DNA from: Octopus sinensis
Taxonomy: Eukaryota
Direction: 5' to 3'
Assembly (NCBI RefSeq): GCF_006345805.1
Contig: NC_042999.1
Location: 620,001-684,000, forward strand
Length of the DNA stretch: 64,000 nt
The translations under genes were made by a program, and so were the position numbers. Position 1 is the first letter of the stretch, and each line of letters opens with the position of its first letter. Under the pieces are notes generated by a model that made no database searches, was not told where the DNA came from, and worked only from the letters and a program-made list of their open reading frames with translations. Below, piece by piece: positions 1 through 12,649 of this stretch.

Positions 1-542
1 TTTCACATTGTTAGCAACATGCTTAACACGCAACTTTTTCTTAATGTTTGTTTATTTTACTCGTATTTCTACTTCACCTTCAACTTTTTATCTGACTTCT
101 GGCCAAATATGCAATATTTTCTAAACAAAATAACAAACAAGCGTTCTCAAGCATCATGAAGAAATTCTGAATGAAATACAAAACAAATAAATACGTAAAT
201 AGAAAAAAAGCAAGCTTACTCGTTCACGTTCAACTTCTTTTTGTTAGAGAAACAAAATGTGTTATTACTAATTTTATTTTTCTTCTGTTCAAGTTTGAAA
301 CTGTGTATGCCCGAAGTTACGCAAAACATAGTTAATCAAAGTATGAAATCTGCATGCGTATATATTCTTCACGAAGCTGCTTTTCCTTTACGATTGAACA
401 AAACATGAATCAACGACTCTCAGTTTCAATACAATCTCATTGCCATCACCGTATTACTCGAGTTCAAAATATTAAACGAGAATAAAGCAAATTTTTACCA
501 ACGACGGGAGCTTTGTGTTCAGTAAAACCTGTGTGTTTGATA

Positions 543-640
543 ACTCTTTACTCTTTTACTCTTTACTCTTTTACTCTTTACTCTTTTACTCTTTACTCTT
601 TTACTCTTTACTCTTTTACTCTTTACTCTTTTACTCTTTT
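543..640 (-). repeat. Expanded SINE-A 3' tail, (ACTCTTT ACTCTTTT)6 plus one 8-mer
   Basis: Alternating 7- and 8-nt units abut the SINE-A end; the minus strand reads AAAGAGT/AAAAGAGT, the tail seen on other copies. Confidence 0.85.
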
Positions 641-984
641 ACTTGTTTCAGTCATTTGACTGCGGCCATGCTGGAGCACCGCCTTTTTTAGTCGAGCAAA
701 TCGACCCCGGGACTTATTCTTTGTAAGCCGAGTACTTATTCTATCGGTCTCTTTTGCCGAACCGCTAAGTGACGGGGACGTAAACACACCAGCATCGGTT
801 GTCAAGCAATGCTAGGGGGACAAACACAGACACACAAACGCACACAAAATATATATATATATACATATATACGACAGGCTTCTTTCAGTTTCCGTCTACC
901 AAATCCACTCACAAGGCATTGGTCGGCCCGGGGCCATAGCAGAAGACACTTGCCCAAGATGCCACGCAGTGGGACTGAACCCGA
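641..984 (-). mobile_element. tRNA-derived SINE family A, 5'-truncated
   Basis: Matches other copies (B-box-like GGTTCAGTCCC, CTTGGGCAAGTGTCTTC, internal TA/TG microsatellite, CCAGCATGGCCGCAGTCAAATGACTGAAAC tail); A box absent. Confidence 0.85.
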
Positions 985-1247
985 ATATAAGTAAATTGTT
1001 CACTTTAATACCACTCAATCATTCGAAAGGGTCTTCTGCCATTCTTCGGTGATTTATGAGTTTGGATGGAAATGTGCTTCAGGGAAACTATAACGAAGCC
1101 TGTCATATATATATATATATATGTATATATATATGTCTGTGTGTGTAAATATATACGAAAAGGCATAAATGATGGGCTTTATGCTTTTATCGATTTGTGC
1201 TTCGTAGACGTACAGCTGCTTCTGATCTCTCTCTCTCTCTCTCTCTC

Positions 1248-1405
1248 GAGTGGTTGTGTGGTAAGTAGATTGCTTTCCAACCACATGGTTCCAGGTTCAG
1301 TCTCACTGCATGGCAACATGGGCAAGTATCTTCAACTATAGCCTTGGGCCGACCAAAGCCTTGTGAGTGGAATTGGTAGACGGAAACTGAAAGAAGCCCG
1401 TCGTA

Positions 1406-1456
<51 letters not shown>

Positions 1457-1667
1457 GTCTGTGTCTGTGTTTGTCCCCCAACATCGCTTAACAACCGATG
1501 CTGGTGTGTTTACCTCCCCGTAACTTAGCTGTTCGGCAAAAAGGACCGATAGATTAAGTACTAGACTCAAAAACAATAAGGGCTGGGGTCTATTTGTTCG
1601 AATAAAGGTGGTGCTCCAGCATGGCCGCAGTGAAATGACTGTAACAAGTAAAAGAGTAAAAAAAGAG
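1248..1667 (+). mobile_element. SINE family A, near full length
   Basis: A-box-like TGGTTGTGTGG, B-box-like GGTTCAGTCTC, internal (TA)n(TG)n, tail AAAAGAGT. Confidence 0.85.
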
Positions 1668-1889
1668 CATATACATGTATGTGCGTGTTTCTGTGAGTGT
1701 GCGTTTGTCTTCGTCAATGTTTGAATGTAATCAGTTTTTAAAGATTTTTCATGTCTCATTTTAATTTTACTCCGGAATAATAACTTTTCTATGTCTATTA
1801 AGACTGAAGACCGTTTCAACCTGATATTCTGCATTTATGTTAGCTTTGCTATATTTGATAACATTTGAAATGTATGGGATTTAACCTAA

Positions 1890-2440
1890 ATAATACGAGG
1901 AAGCAGGTCTAAAGAATACCGTGGAGGACTCCATCTGTTGAAACATGCTGAGTCCTGTTACTCAGGAAGAATTTAATACACTACAATGGATTAGATGTTT
2001 TTCGTCACCAACTCCTCTACCGAAATAATCTCTCAGCATAATAACATGGCCGATCCTGTCGAAAGCTTTAATGGAGGCAGGATAACTGATTTATTTGTGT
2101 TGGAGTCTCTTCCAGAGAATTTAGAATGTTTTAAGCAGTCTCTTACTCGCGTAAACAAAGCCAGGAGTGTCTAGAGGTTTGATATGATCTCTCTAGAAAT
2201 GGAATAATTTTTTTCACCTTGCTCCTCTTTGGAATATTTCAAGGATATGACAAATTAATGAGATCTGATGTCAACGGAAATTCAGTATGAGCGACTTATT
2301 AAACTTTTTAAAGACTGGTATGACACTCAGGAACCGAAAATATTCAAGAATAAAACGTGAGTCCGGACAATTCCTCCAGAGATTAGAAAGAGGATATGAA
2401 AGTTGATGTCAGCAGTCCTTATGCCAAGAATCTGTCATGG
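1890..2440 (-). pseudogene. Decayed CR1/L2-group LINE reverse transcriptase fragment
   Basis: Hand translation across stops and frameshifts gives VIPVFKK..NFR..ISL, KAFDRIGH and FLSNRTQHV, resembling RT motifs of APE-type LINEs. Confidence 0.55.
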
Positions 2441-2485
2441 ATTGCACCCGAATTGGGTTTGATTTTATTATTAGTTACAATGACA

Positions 2486-2800
2486 AGGCGGCGAGCTAGC
2501 AGAATCTTTAGCACGCCGGGCAAAATGCATAGCGGTATTTCGTCTGCCGCTACGTTCTGAGTTCAAATTCCGCCGAGGTCGACTTTCCCTTTCATCCTTT
2601 CGGGGTCGATAAATTAAGTACCATTTACGCACTGGGGTCGATATAATCGACTTAATATGTTTGTCTGTCCTTGTTTGTCCCCTCTGTGTTTAGCCCCTTG
2701 TGGGCAATAAAGAAATAAGAAACGTTAGCACGCCAGGCTGAGTTTAAATTCCGCCGAGGTCGACTTTGCTTATCATCCTTTCGGGGTCGATTAAATAAGT
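2486..2800 (+). mobile_element. SINE family B, full copy plus partial second unit
   Basis: Head GAGCTAGCAGAATC / GAGTTCAAATTCC, central CCTTTCATCCTTTCGGGGTCGATAAATTAAGTACC, tail GTGGGCAATAAAGAAATAAG followed by a restart inside the head. Confidence 0.85.
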
Positions 2801-3161
2801 GTTGCTTCTGTAGCCCTACCACTCCATCTTTGGAATTTTGTTTTCATCGATTAGTGGCCCACCTCTACTTTGAAAATGCATACAACATACTGGGATTGTG
2901 TTTAATTTAAGCAATTTCCCGGTCTTCGATGGCAGCTCTTTTGGATATCAATGCCAGACCTCATACGTTGCTGGAGATGTTAGTTTTTTCAACTCTAGAT
3001 TTGTTATTGACCTTGAGACGAGTTGCTGCTTCTGGCCGTGTTTTAACACATTGGTTTTCTAAAATTCTCTTCATTTTCCTTTACGTTTGCATTTTGTTTC
3101 TGGCCGCGATAGGCTGAGGAATGCACTACAAAACATTTTGATATCGGTCGGATTACTCTCT

Positions 3162-3559
3162 CTCTTTTACTCTTTTACTTGTTTCAGTCATTTGACCGTG
3201 GCCATGCTGGAGCACCGCCTTTAGTCGAGCAAATCGACCCCAAGACTTATTCTTTGTAAGCCTAGTACTTATTCTATCAGTCTCTTTTGCCGAACCGCTA
3301 ATTTACGGGGTCCTAAACACACAACTTTGGGGGGACAAACACAAACATACACACGCACACACACACACACACTCACACATATATTTACATATATTCGACG
3401 GGCTTCTTTCAGTTTCCGTCTACAAAATCCACTCACAAGGCCTTGGTCGGCCCGTGGCTATAGTAGAAGACACCTGCCCAAGGTGCTACGCAGTAGGACT
3501 GAACTCGGAACCATGAGGTTGGTTAGCAAGCTACTTAGCACATAGCCACTCCTGCGCCT
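3162..3559 (-). mobile_element. SINE family A, full length
   Basis: Starts AGGCGCAGGAGTGGCT on the minus strand and ends in AAAAGAGT repeats. Confidence 0.9.
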
Positions 3560-4621
3560 ATTGAGAACAAAAAAAAAGATTCTCCATAAATAATAGGTTA
3601 TGTATAATTCACTCCAGTTCGCTCGATGTAGGTCCTTGCTGTTGAATTGGATGAGTGATTTGAGTTTAACTTCTGGTTGTTTAGAAACGAAGCTGCAGCG
3701 TCCTATGTCATGGTATGATAGAAAGGCGTTTTCTACATTGAGGTTATAAATAATTTTACACGATTACTAAACACTAAGACCAAAACATTTTATGTATCTT
3801 TTTAGCTCGAGCACGAGTTAAAACAGCGAAAAAGTCATTAGTTTGATCAGTGTCTCTACTGTTGCTTTATCTGAGGTGAAGATATAAATCCTTGTACCAG
3901 ATCATAAGAATAATTTGATCTCAGAAAATGTACAATAAAATTGCAAACTAATACATTCTTCGCATAAGATGAAAAAAAATGCAGACAAGTGTAAGAAAAT
4001 TGTAAAGTAGTGATGATAAATAAATACATTTTTTATCCAAAACATATTGAAGGCTTTCACTAATCAAGTCATTTATTTATAGTCTGCAACCATTAAAGAA
4101 TATGTCATTTGAAGATGTCCTGAAAATAGTGACGTCTGAAAATTTATGTATGTTTTGACAAAGATCAGAATAAATATTTATAAACGTATTTACCAAAATA
4201 GTGATAAAGTGCTTAAAATGATGGCGTAACGTTAAAATAAATATATCGAAGAAAACCACTATATTGCAATTTGAAGGCAACAATTTCTCTGTAAGTATGT
4301 ACGTATACAAGTACGTATGTACATATTTGTCTTTCTATTAATTTCACTATACGTCCACTGACGGTCTGCCTGTCTGCCTGTCTCCCTGTCTCCCTACTCA
4401 TCGATATATTTACTTATTTATCCATTTATACGTCAGTTTCTGTCACTGCTTTTCACATCCTGTCTTCCGCTCTTTATTTATAATTATTTCTTTTTACAAA
4501 ATATAAAGAAAGAATCTTCTAAAGTGCAAAATAAACTAGTTTTCGTGGTACGAACTTTGTAGCAATATATAGACAAACTGAATAAAGAATAAGGATTCTA
4601 GGTATTTATTTATATGAATGA

Positions 4622-4926
4622 CAGGAGTAGGTGTGTGGTAAGTAGCTTGCTTACCAACCACACGGTTCCGGGTTCAGTCCCACTGCGTGGCACCTTGGGC
4701 AAGTGTCTTCTACTATGCCTCGAGCTGACCAAAGCCTTGTGAGTGAATCTGGTAGACGGAAACTGAAAGAAGCTCGTCGTATATATGCATGTGTGTGTGT
4801 GTTTGTGTGTCTGTGTTTGTCCCCTAACATCGCTTGACATTCGATTCTCGTGTGTTTACGTCCCCATAACTTAGCGGTTCGACAAAAAGGAACCGATAGA
4901 ATAAGTACTAGGCTTACAAAGAATAA
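4622..4926 (+). mobile_element. SINE family A, 3'-truncated
   Basis: Head, internal TG repeat and body to GGCTTACAAAGAATAA. Confidence 0.85.
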
Positions 4927-4983
4927 CGTACATTATTTACAATTGACGGATATTTGTCCTCGTCTTGTTTGTTTTATACATAT

Positions 4984-5149
4984 ATACGACGGGCTTCTTT
5001 CAGTTTCCGTCTACCAAATCCACTCACAAGGCTTTGGTCGGCCCGAGGCTATAGTAGAAGACACTTGCCGAATGTGCCACGCAGTGGGACTGAACCTGGA
5101 ACCATGTGGTTCGTAAGCAAGCAAATTACCACACAGCCACTCCTACGCC
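4984..5149 (-). mobile_element. SINE family A, 5' half
   Basis: Head through GAAGCCCGTCGTATAT, ending at the internal microsatellite. Confidence 0.85.
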
Positions 5150-5893
5150 TATTGCATACAATCCTTGAAGAAATTTCCCTTAAGAGAACAGGACAAAATG
5201 TGTTGCTATTGCAGTTGTTGAAACTGAATGCATGGACCTGGTTTTTATATTCAGCTAATCTCAAGGGGTTATAGTTGGCCCCAGTTTTTAAAAGATGATT
5301 GTTGTGGAGAATGATATTCTGACGTTGTGCATGTTTATCGAATTTGGGGTAATCACGGTTGGATTGCAAGTGTCTTTGACGGATTTTAAATATCAACCGG
5401 GGTTTCTTTGTGCATACAACACAACATGCACAGTAAGTAAGAAACTTAACAGATGAAAAGAAAAAGATAATCTTGTTTAAAACCACACTTTGTCATACAA
5501 AACTGAAGACCAATAGTCAGTATACGTACAGAAATAAGTGCATACCTACATGATTAATATGTATACATGCGAAATCACTGTGATCTGGATATGCCTAGGC
5601 AGTTAGGGAGGAGCTTGCCTCCCTTGTCAGTCGTTAAGATAAGGTGCTTCTTGTGGATTGAAGTGTCTTAACTCTTATTTCTAGCAATACTAGTGCTGAC
5701 TAGTTCCCTCAGCCACTTTAGTGTATTTCTGCCTTTCGACTGTAAGATTGCGAACAAGCCACTCTTATTACACACACACACACACACACATACACACACA
5801 CACGCACATACACATGCACATACGCACACAGACACACGTATGTATTTACAAATTTTTCCACATAAATGATATGAAAATTTATATATATATATG

Positions 5894-6180
5894 GAGGCAG
5901 CGGACTCGCGATCGTAGGATTGCGGTTTCGATTCCCAGACCGGGCATTGTGAGTGTTTATTGAGCAAAAACACGCAAAGCTCCGCGACGTTCCGGCAGAG
6001 GGTTGTGGCGATCCCTGCTGTTCTCTTTCGCAACAACTTTCTCTCACTCCTTCTTCTGTTAGCCTGCTCGCTTAGCCAGCGGGGTGGCATCATTTGAAGG
6101 CGAAAACAATGCGAAGCGCATTGTGACCAGCGATCTGTAGTAACATCTGATAGCCTGATCGGTCACGGTATCACGGTGAT
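5894..6180 (+). mobile_element. SINE family C head with alternative tail (GGTCACGGTGAT type)
   Basis: GGACTCGCGATC..GGTTTCGATTCCCAGACCGGGC head shared with the copies at 43186 and 57033; the 3' part differs. Confidence 0.7.
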
Positions 6181-6597
6181 ATATATATATATGTGTGTGT
6201 GGGCGGGTGTATGTGTGTGTGTGTGAATGTATACTTTCAACTAAGATTCCCTTCCAGGTACAATGCCTTTACGGGATCGCTTGAAATGCCACATTTTAGA
6301 ACAACGCTAAAAGTTGAACTGGTCTTGGTCGGAGCGCTTTCCTCAGCGGTTTGCCCCCTTAAAGGATCTTGGACTATACAACAGAGTCAACATAACTATC
6401 ATACCTGAAAGTCCTCAAAATAGCTGCCAAATCCTCCTTAAACAAAACCCTATTCTGTCCAAACATGAATCTTAATTGGATATTAAAGATATAGATTAGC
6501 CATGTCTGAAATGGACGTGATGGGTCTGGTGTGAAAACGTTTGGTTAAATATCTTCTTTCATTAACGTTTACTTGAGTTTGAACCACAACAGCTAAA

Positions 6598-7019
6598 GGA
6601 TCTTTCGGTTTGAACGGCAGTTTTTTCTAGCGGTGTCATATGAAATTGTCACCCATAATTATGACCCTAGTATCGATCTATTGCATTTCAAACTGTTTTA
6701 GGGTTCGGGTTAGTTAGGGGTGGGGGAAGGGTATCTTTTTTTTCTTGACAAATGTAAATAAACCCAATCTGTTTCTTAAACGAGGTACATATCCATACGG
6801 CACAGAATGCTTTTTCACCTCAATACACGTTAGTGAATGGTTGAAATTGCAGAAATTGAAGAAAAAGAAACAACAAATATCTTACAAACAACAGCATTTT
6901 CTCAATAAAGCCAAGGGAAAAAGATGTTTTATAAACACATTCTACCAGTATACGAAGTTTAACATTTTTTAGTTACCTAGAAATTATGTTAAAAACTGTC
7001 GTTCAAACCGAAAATATCC
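6598..7019. mobile_element. Non-autonomous DNA element (MITE) with ~29-bp TIRs
   Basis: GGATCTTTCGGTTTGAACGGCAGTTTTT at 6598 and its near reverse complement ending at 7019; no ORF. Confidence 0.75.
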
Positions 7020-8224
7020 CATTAATGTTTACTTAAGTTTGAACCGCAACAACTAAATATTTATTTTCTTTCCAGAAAATTCAGAATTAAAGCATTGACA
7101 CGAGTTAATGATAATATGTAAAGTCGTAGTCACAAGCATTTTTTTAATGTTTTAAAAAGTTAAATCGAATATTTTATAAAGCAAGACTGACTTTGTTGTA
7201 AACAAAAGTTTTATTTTGTAATATAAATTCTATGCGTAAATCTACGAAAATAAATTTCTATCATAGTCGCTACATCAAGGTGTTTTTGCACTATGAAGAT
7301 TTATAGACCATGCCCTTGAGTTGAAATCAAAACAAAAATGGATATAAAAATTATATAAGAATTATAAATTAAAACAAATGAATGCGGGAAAGCCATTGAT
7401 CTTTTGTGTAGGTGAAATTAATACAAATAACTCTAACAGTGGAATAAGTTTGAAGCCGTGAGGAAAAAGAAAAGTGAAAGTTGTTGGGCGGAACATTTCT
7501 TCGGAGAGAAAAGAAATGACAACTGATAAATTTATAAAATTATATAGTTCAATATTGCTTGATCAATAATTTAGATTCTCTTATTCCACTCCTGAAATTT
7601 GCTAAATATCACGAATGTTATACTTTTAAATAAATCATTCCTTTATTTATCTTGTTTTGAAACATTTTCTTGATTTATCACAAATATTATTTCAACCTCG
7701 CAAAAAACAGTGACAAAGTGTCTGCTCAATCACTGCTGAATGTCATAAACAAAAAACAACTTTACACGATAATATTATCAAAATATATGGTGAACAAGAT
7801 TTTCATATCTTTAATTTCACATGAACTCAATCAATGTGATATTAACTTTTTCACGTCACGGCCCATTCTATAATGCGATGTGGGCCTCAAGGATAATGAG
7901 CGTAACGTAAGCTTCTGGTCGAGTCTCCTCTGCTGGACAGATCAAAACACAAAGGCTGGACTAACATCCACCACATCTTCATAGAGTTAAAAATGGGTCT
8001 TTTTCATTGAACCTTGTCTGCGTTCAGCCATCGTCTGCTATGTTATATTCAAAAATATCGGCTTCGCTATTTGGGTGTTACTTAATCTCTCAAGCGCTAA
8101 AATGGAAAGCCAACCTGGAATTGATTACAACTGAGAACATCAGTAATGATTGGGCCCGAGCCTGGTATGCAGTTTAAATTTGAAATATATAAAAATTTAA
8201 GTAACGGTAAACTAAATCAAATAC

Positions 8225-8778
8225 TAGCACAAAGGCAATTATTTCATGGCGGTGGTGTAAGCCGGTTCCAGTGATCCCAGTATTCAACTGTTACTTATTT
8301 TATAGGCCTTGAAAGGCAAAGTCGACCTCGGCGGAATTTGAACTCAGAACACGAAGACAGACGAAATACCTATTTCTTTACTACCCACAAGGGGCTAAAC
8401 ACAGCGGGGACAATTAAGGACAGACACACGGATTAAGTCGATTATATCGACCCCAGTGCGTAACTGGTACTTATTTAATCAACCCCGAAAGGATGAAAAG
8501 CAAAGTTGACCACGGTGGAATTTGAACTCAGAACGTAGCGGCAGACGAAATACCTATTTCTTTACAAGGGGCTAAAAACAAAGGGGACAAACAAGGACAG
8601 ACAAACGGATTAAGTCGATCACATCGACCCCAGTGCGTAACTGGTACTTAATTTATCGACCCTGATAGGATGAAAGGCAAAGTGGACCTCGGCGGAATTT
8701 GAACTCAGAACGTATGGCAGACGAAATACGGCTCCGCATTTCGCCCGGCGTGCTAACCTTTCTGCCAGCACGCCGCAT
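8225..8778 (-). mobile_element. SINE family B tandem array (~3 units)
   Basis: One full head at 8778, then units joined at AAAGAAATAG|GTATTTCGTC. Confidence 0.8.
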
Positions 8779-10169
8779 TAATTGAAACCAAATATTCTGC
8801 AAATACCCGCGATTTTATATTCTGTAAAGATCCGGACAAAAACTCTCATACGTAAATATGTTTTTAAAAATTTGTAAATTCGTATAAGCTATATTGTAAA
8901 TAATGTACATGAGTAAACAAAATATACACGCGCCAATAAATATATTTACACAAATGTACAGAAATTTGCATGCGTATGTGTAAATATATGTTCCTATCGG
9001 CGCCCGTATCTGAAAATATTGACATGTTTCGAATTTAACGTTAGAATTCGAAGCTGATGAATTAAAAAATATTGGGTTTTTAGATCCTTTGGATGGAAAG
9101 AGTTGAAATTGCCTGTAAGATTTGAATCTGCTTCTTCTGTAAATATAGAAGACGTCCTGTAATAATTCGCGCTGCTTTGAAGAAGGTTTCTAAAGCGAAT
9201 ACAGGAAGTCGAAGGCTTGCTTTCGTATAATCTTAGAGCATCTCTCACGTTTACAAGAAATGCGTGTTCGATTCCTACTTGTAGTATTCGACTACTTTCA
9301 CCCAATGAATTTTTAACCCAACATGTACGCGTTATTAACTATAGTTTTATCAATTTCGAGTTCCATCGTCAGAAACGGTTTATTTTATTGTTTCCTTGTC
9401 ATGGGTACGCCACGTCATTGTCTCTCCCCCAAATGCAAGAATCTTTTCGCCTAACGAAGGAATTTCTCCGAGCCGAGGGAAACAAAGAGGAGGTAATTCC
9501 AAGGCTACCCTTTTTTTCTTTGAGAATAATTGGTAATTATAAATATAGTGAATTCACGGTTCAAAACAAACCCATGGGCTAAACTTTTCCGACACACAGA
9601 TAACTAAAACTTTATTATTACGATATTATAATTAAGAAGAATATATTCTCATAACACTATGTCCTTGATATTTCTAAACACTGATGATTATTGAAATGTT
9701 TATTAAACTCCTTAAATGAGTCTCTTTTCTGTAGCCAAAAGTGATTAAAAAATCTACGAATAATTTAAATTTATAAGAAACTTTCAGGTGGTCAATCGCC
9801 ATGCTTGAAACACCGTCCAAATTTCCTTAATTTTCACCTGTCTGAAGAGACGAAAATCAAACGGAAAATATAATATTAGAAACACAGCTTAAAATAAATA
9901 CTCAATTGTCACAACCAGAATAGATTTCATTATAGACTTTGTTCATACAGAATACAACGAAGGTGAAATGACATCAGTTTGAATAAGACACAAGGCAACC
10001 TAGACATGTACAGGAATCAACTCTTCTTACTTTCACATTATTATTTATTTATGTTTATGAATATTGGGTAATGACCAAAAGAGCATGATTGCAAAACGAC
10101 GGATTAAAGCAGGGTTCCTCCGAGCGATTCTGGAGTAACGACGTTTGACAACAGGTTATGTAGATCAGA

Positions 10170-10495
10170 ATGAGGGCGCGTGGCTTAGTGGTTAGGGCAT
10201 TCGGCTCATGATCGTAAGGTTGTGAGTTCGATTCCCGGCGACGCGTTGTATCTTTGAGCAAGACACTTTATTTCACGTTGCTCCAGTCCACTCAGCTGGC
10301 AAAAATGAGTTGTACTTGTATTTCAAAGGGTCAGCCTTGTCACTCTCTGTGTCACGCTGATTATCCCCGAGAACTACGTTAAGGGTACACGTGTCTGTGG
10401 AATGCTCAGCCATTTGCACGTTAATTTCACGAGCAAGCTGTTCCGTTGATCGTATCAGCTGGGACCCTCGTCGTCGTAACCGGCGGAGTCTTTAA
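10170..10495 (+). mobile_element. SINE with family D head, CORE-like domain and family C tail; 12-bp TSD
   Basis: TGGCTTAGTGG / GAGTTCGATTCC boxes, TGAGCAAGACACTT..GTCCACTCAGCTG central domain, tail shared with family C; ATGTAGATCAGA at 10158-10169 and 10496-10507. Confidence 0.85.
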
Positions 10496-10611
10496 ATGTA
10501 GATCAGAGATGAACGTCTATCTAGGTCGAGCCTATACTTATCTGCGTTGGGAAATCATAGCACCGGTACTACGGACATGTGATTAGAATGTCGCAGTGAA
10601 TAATCCGTTCT

Positions 10612-11373
10612 ATTATAGACACAAGGATTGAAATTTGGAGGAGGGAGTAGTCGATTACATCGACCCCAGTAGTCAACTACTACTTAATTTATTGATACAC
10701 AAAAGGATGAAAGGCAAAGTCGACCCCGGCGGAATTTGAACTCAGAACATGGCGAAAGACGAAATACTTATTTCTTTACTGCCCACAAGGGGCTACACAC
10801 AGAGGGGACAAACAAGGACAGAAAAACGGATTAAGTCGATTATATCGACCCCAGTGTGTAAGTGGTACTTTATTTATCGACCCCGAAAGGATGAAAGGCA
10901 AAGTCGACCTCGGCGGAATTTGAACTCAGAACATGGTGAAAGACGAAATACTTATTTCTTTACTGCCCACAAGGGGCTACACACAGAGGGGACAAACAAG
11001 GACAGAAAAACGGATTAAGTCGATTATATCGACCCCAGTGTGTAAGTGGTACTTTATTTATCGACACCGAAAGGATGAAAGGCAAAGTCGACCTCGGCGG
11101 AATTTGAACTCAGAACATGGCGAAAGACGAAATACTTATTTCTTTACTGCCCACAAGGGGCTACACACAGAGGGGACAAACAAGGACAGACAAACGGATT
11201 AAGTCGATTATATCGACCGCAGTGTGTAAGTGGTACTTTATTTATCGACACCGAAAGGATGAAAGGCAAAGTCGACCTCGGCGGAATTTGAACTCAGAAC
11301 GTAACGGCAGACGAAATACCGTTTAGACATTTCATCCGGCGTGCTAACAATTCTGCCAACTCGCCGCCGCCTT
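10612..11373 (-). mobile_element. SINE family B tandem array, 184-bp period (~4 units)
   Basis: Near-identical units with 184-bp spacing (ORF track starts at 10749, 10933, 11117); single complete head at 11373. Confidence 0.9.
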
Positions 11374-11530
11374 AAATAATCAAACTGAAGGAGACATACG
11401 GGAAAATCAAAATGGTGGTGATTCGCTAATGTCCATAGTCTCAGCCTGTGGCGCTTATGAATCCAGATGAAAAGTGTAATGATGATAGCTTCTGACAGGA
11501 CTCTATGAAGGTGGTACCCGAGGATTCTCT

Positions 11531-11884
11531 TGCACTCCGTCGGTTACGACGATGAGGGTTCCGGTTGATCCGAATCAACGGAACAGCCTGCTCGTGAAAT
11601 TAACGTGTAAGTGGCTGAGCACTCCACAGACACGTGCACCCTTCACGTAGTTCTCGGGGATATTCAGCGTGACACAGAGAGTGACAAGGCCGGCCCTTTG
11701 AAATACAGGTACAACAGAAACAGGAAGTAAGAGTGAGAGAAAGTTGTGGTGAAAGAGTACAGCAGGGATCACCACCATCCCCTGGCGGAGCCTCGTGGAG
11801 CTTTAGGTGTTTTCGCTCAATAAACACTCACAACGCCCGGTCTGGGAATCGAAACCGCGATCCTATGACCGCGAGTCCGCTGCC
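11531..11884 (-). mobile_element. SINE family C (5' end clipped)
   Basis: Matches the copies at 43186 and 57033, including the CGTCGTAACCGACGGAGTGC tail. Confidence 0.85.
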
Positions 11885-12649
11885 GAGGATTAGTGAGCGC
11901 AGAAAGTGGATACGTGGATAATATGGTATCTTGCAGAAAACGTCTAAAGGAAAACGTATAGAGACTATCTTTGTAGGTTTACATTGAAATTTCACATAAA
12001 TGACAAGTATTAAGTGTCATGTAACTCGTAACAGTTATCCACGGCACTGGGAGTGCAAATAATTAAGGTAAAACATGAAAATGGGTTCTCCTAGGATTTG
12101 AATTAAAAATGTAAACGATAGGAAACCTGATCATTACACTAAAATTTCTATCGCTCCAAAGTTTTGGTACTTACTGATTAGAATTCCTAAAATTGGTATA
12201 ATAATGCAACAGGATATATAATATAAAACGAAAGTTTTGTTAATGGTATCTGTTCTAGATTATCACAGATATGATATCGAGGCCAGAAGGACATGAGGAA
12301 TATCTAAATGCTGAAAGTTAAATACACTGTATCGTTTTGGATTCTTTACGCTAAATGGAAAAGATGATTGTTATTAACACTCAGATACCTCTACGTACAC
12401 TTTCTTTAAAACGGAACGGCAAAGATCTTTAAAATGTCTGTGAATTAATTTCCCGCCCGACAAGAACACATTACATAGCGTAAATGTATTCTTCTCTAGT
12501 GTATGATGTATTATAATGTGGTATAAATGTTTAATTTTGTTTTATACAATGTGTATATGCTATGTTTCGTTTATTATAAGTACTTATTCATTGTCATTAT
12601 ATCATACTATCTTTTTCCTTTACATAAGTCTGTGTATGTGAAGAATTCT

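Noticed and set aside
6698-6720. Interstitial telomere
   Set aside because: Only 2-3 imperfect TTAGGG units, internal to a MITE.
9020-9075. CTGATGA and GAAAC-AT-GTC around a GAATT/AATTC hairpin
   Set aside because: The two core halves lie on opposite strands, so no hammerhead topology is possible.
8994-9582. Overlapping 103-aa and 121-aa ORFs in unique sequence
   Set aside because: No recognisable domain or convincing splice signals; ORFs of this length are expected by chance.
10749-11326. Three near-identical ORFs resembling a gene array
   Set aside because: They are the antisense reading of the 184-bp SINE-B tandem units.
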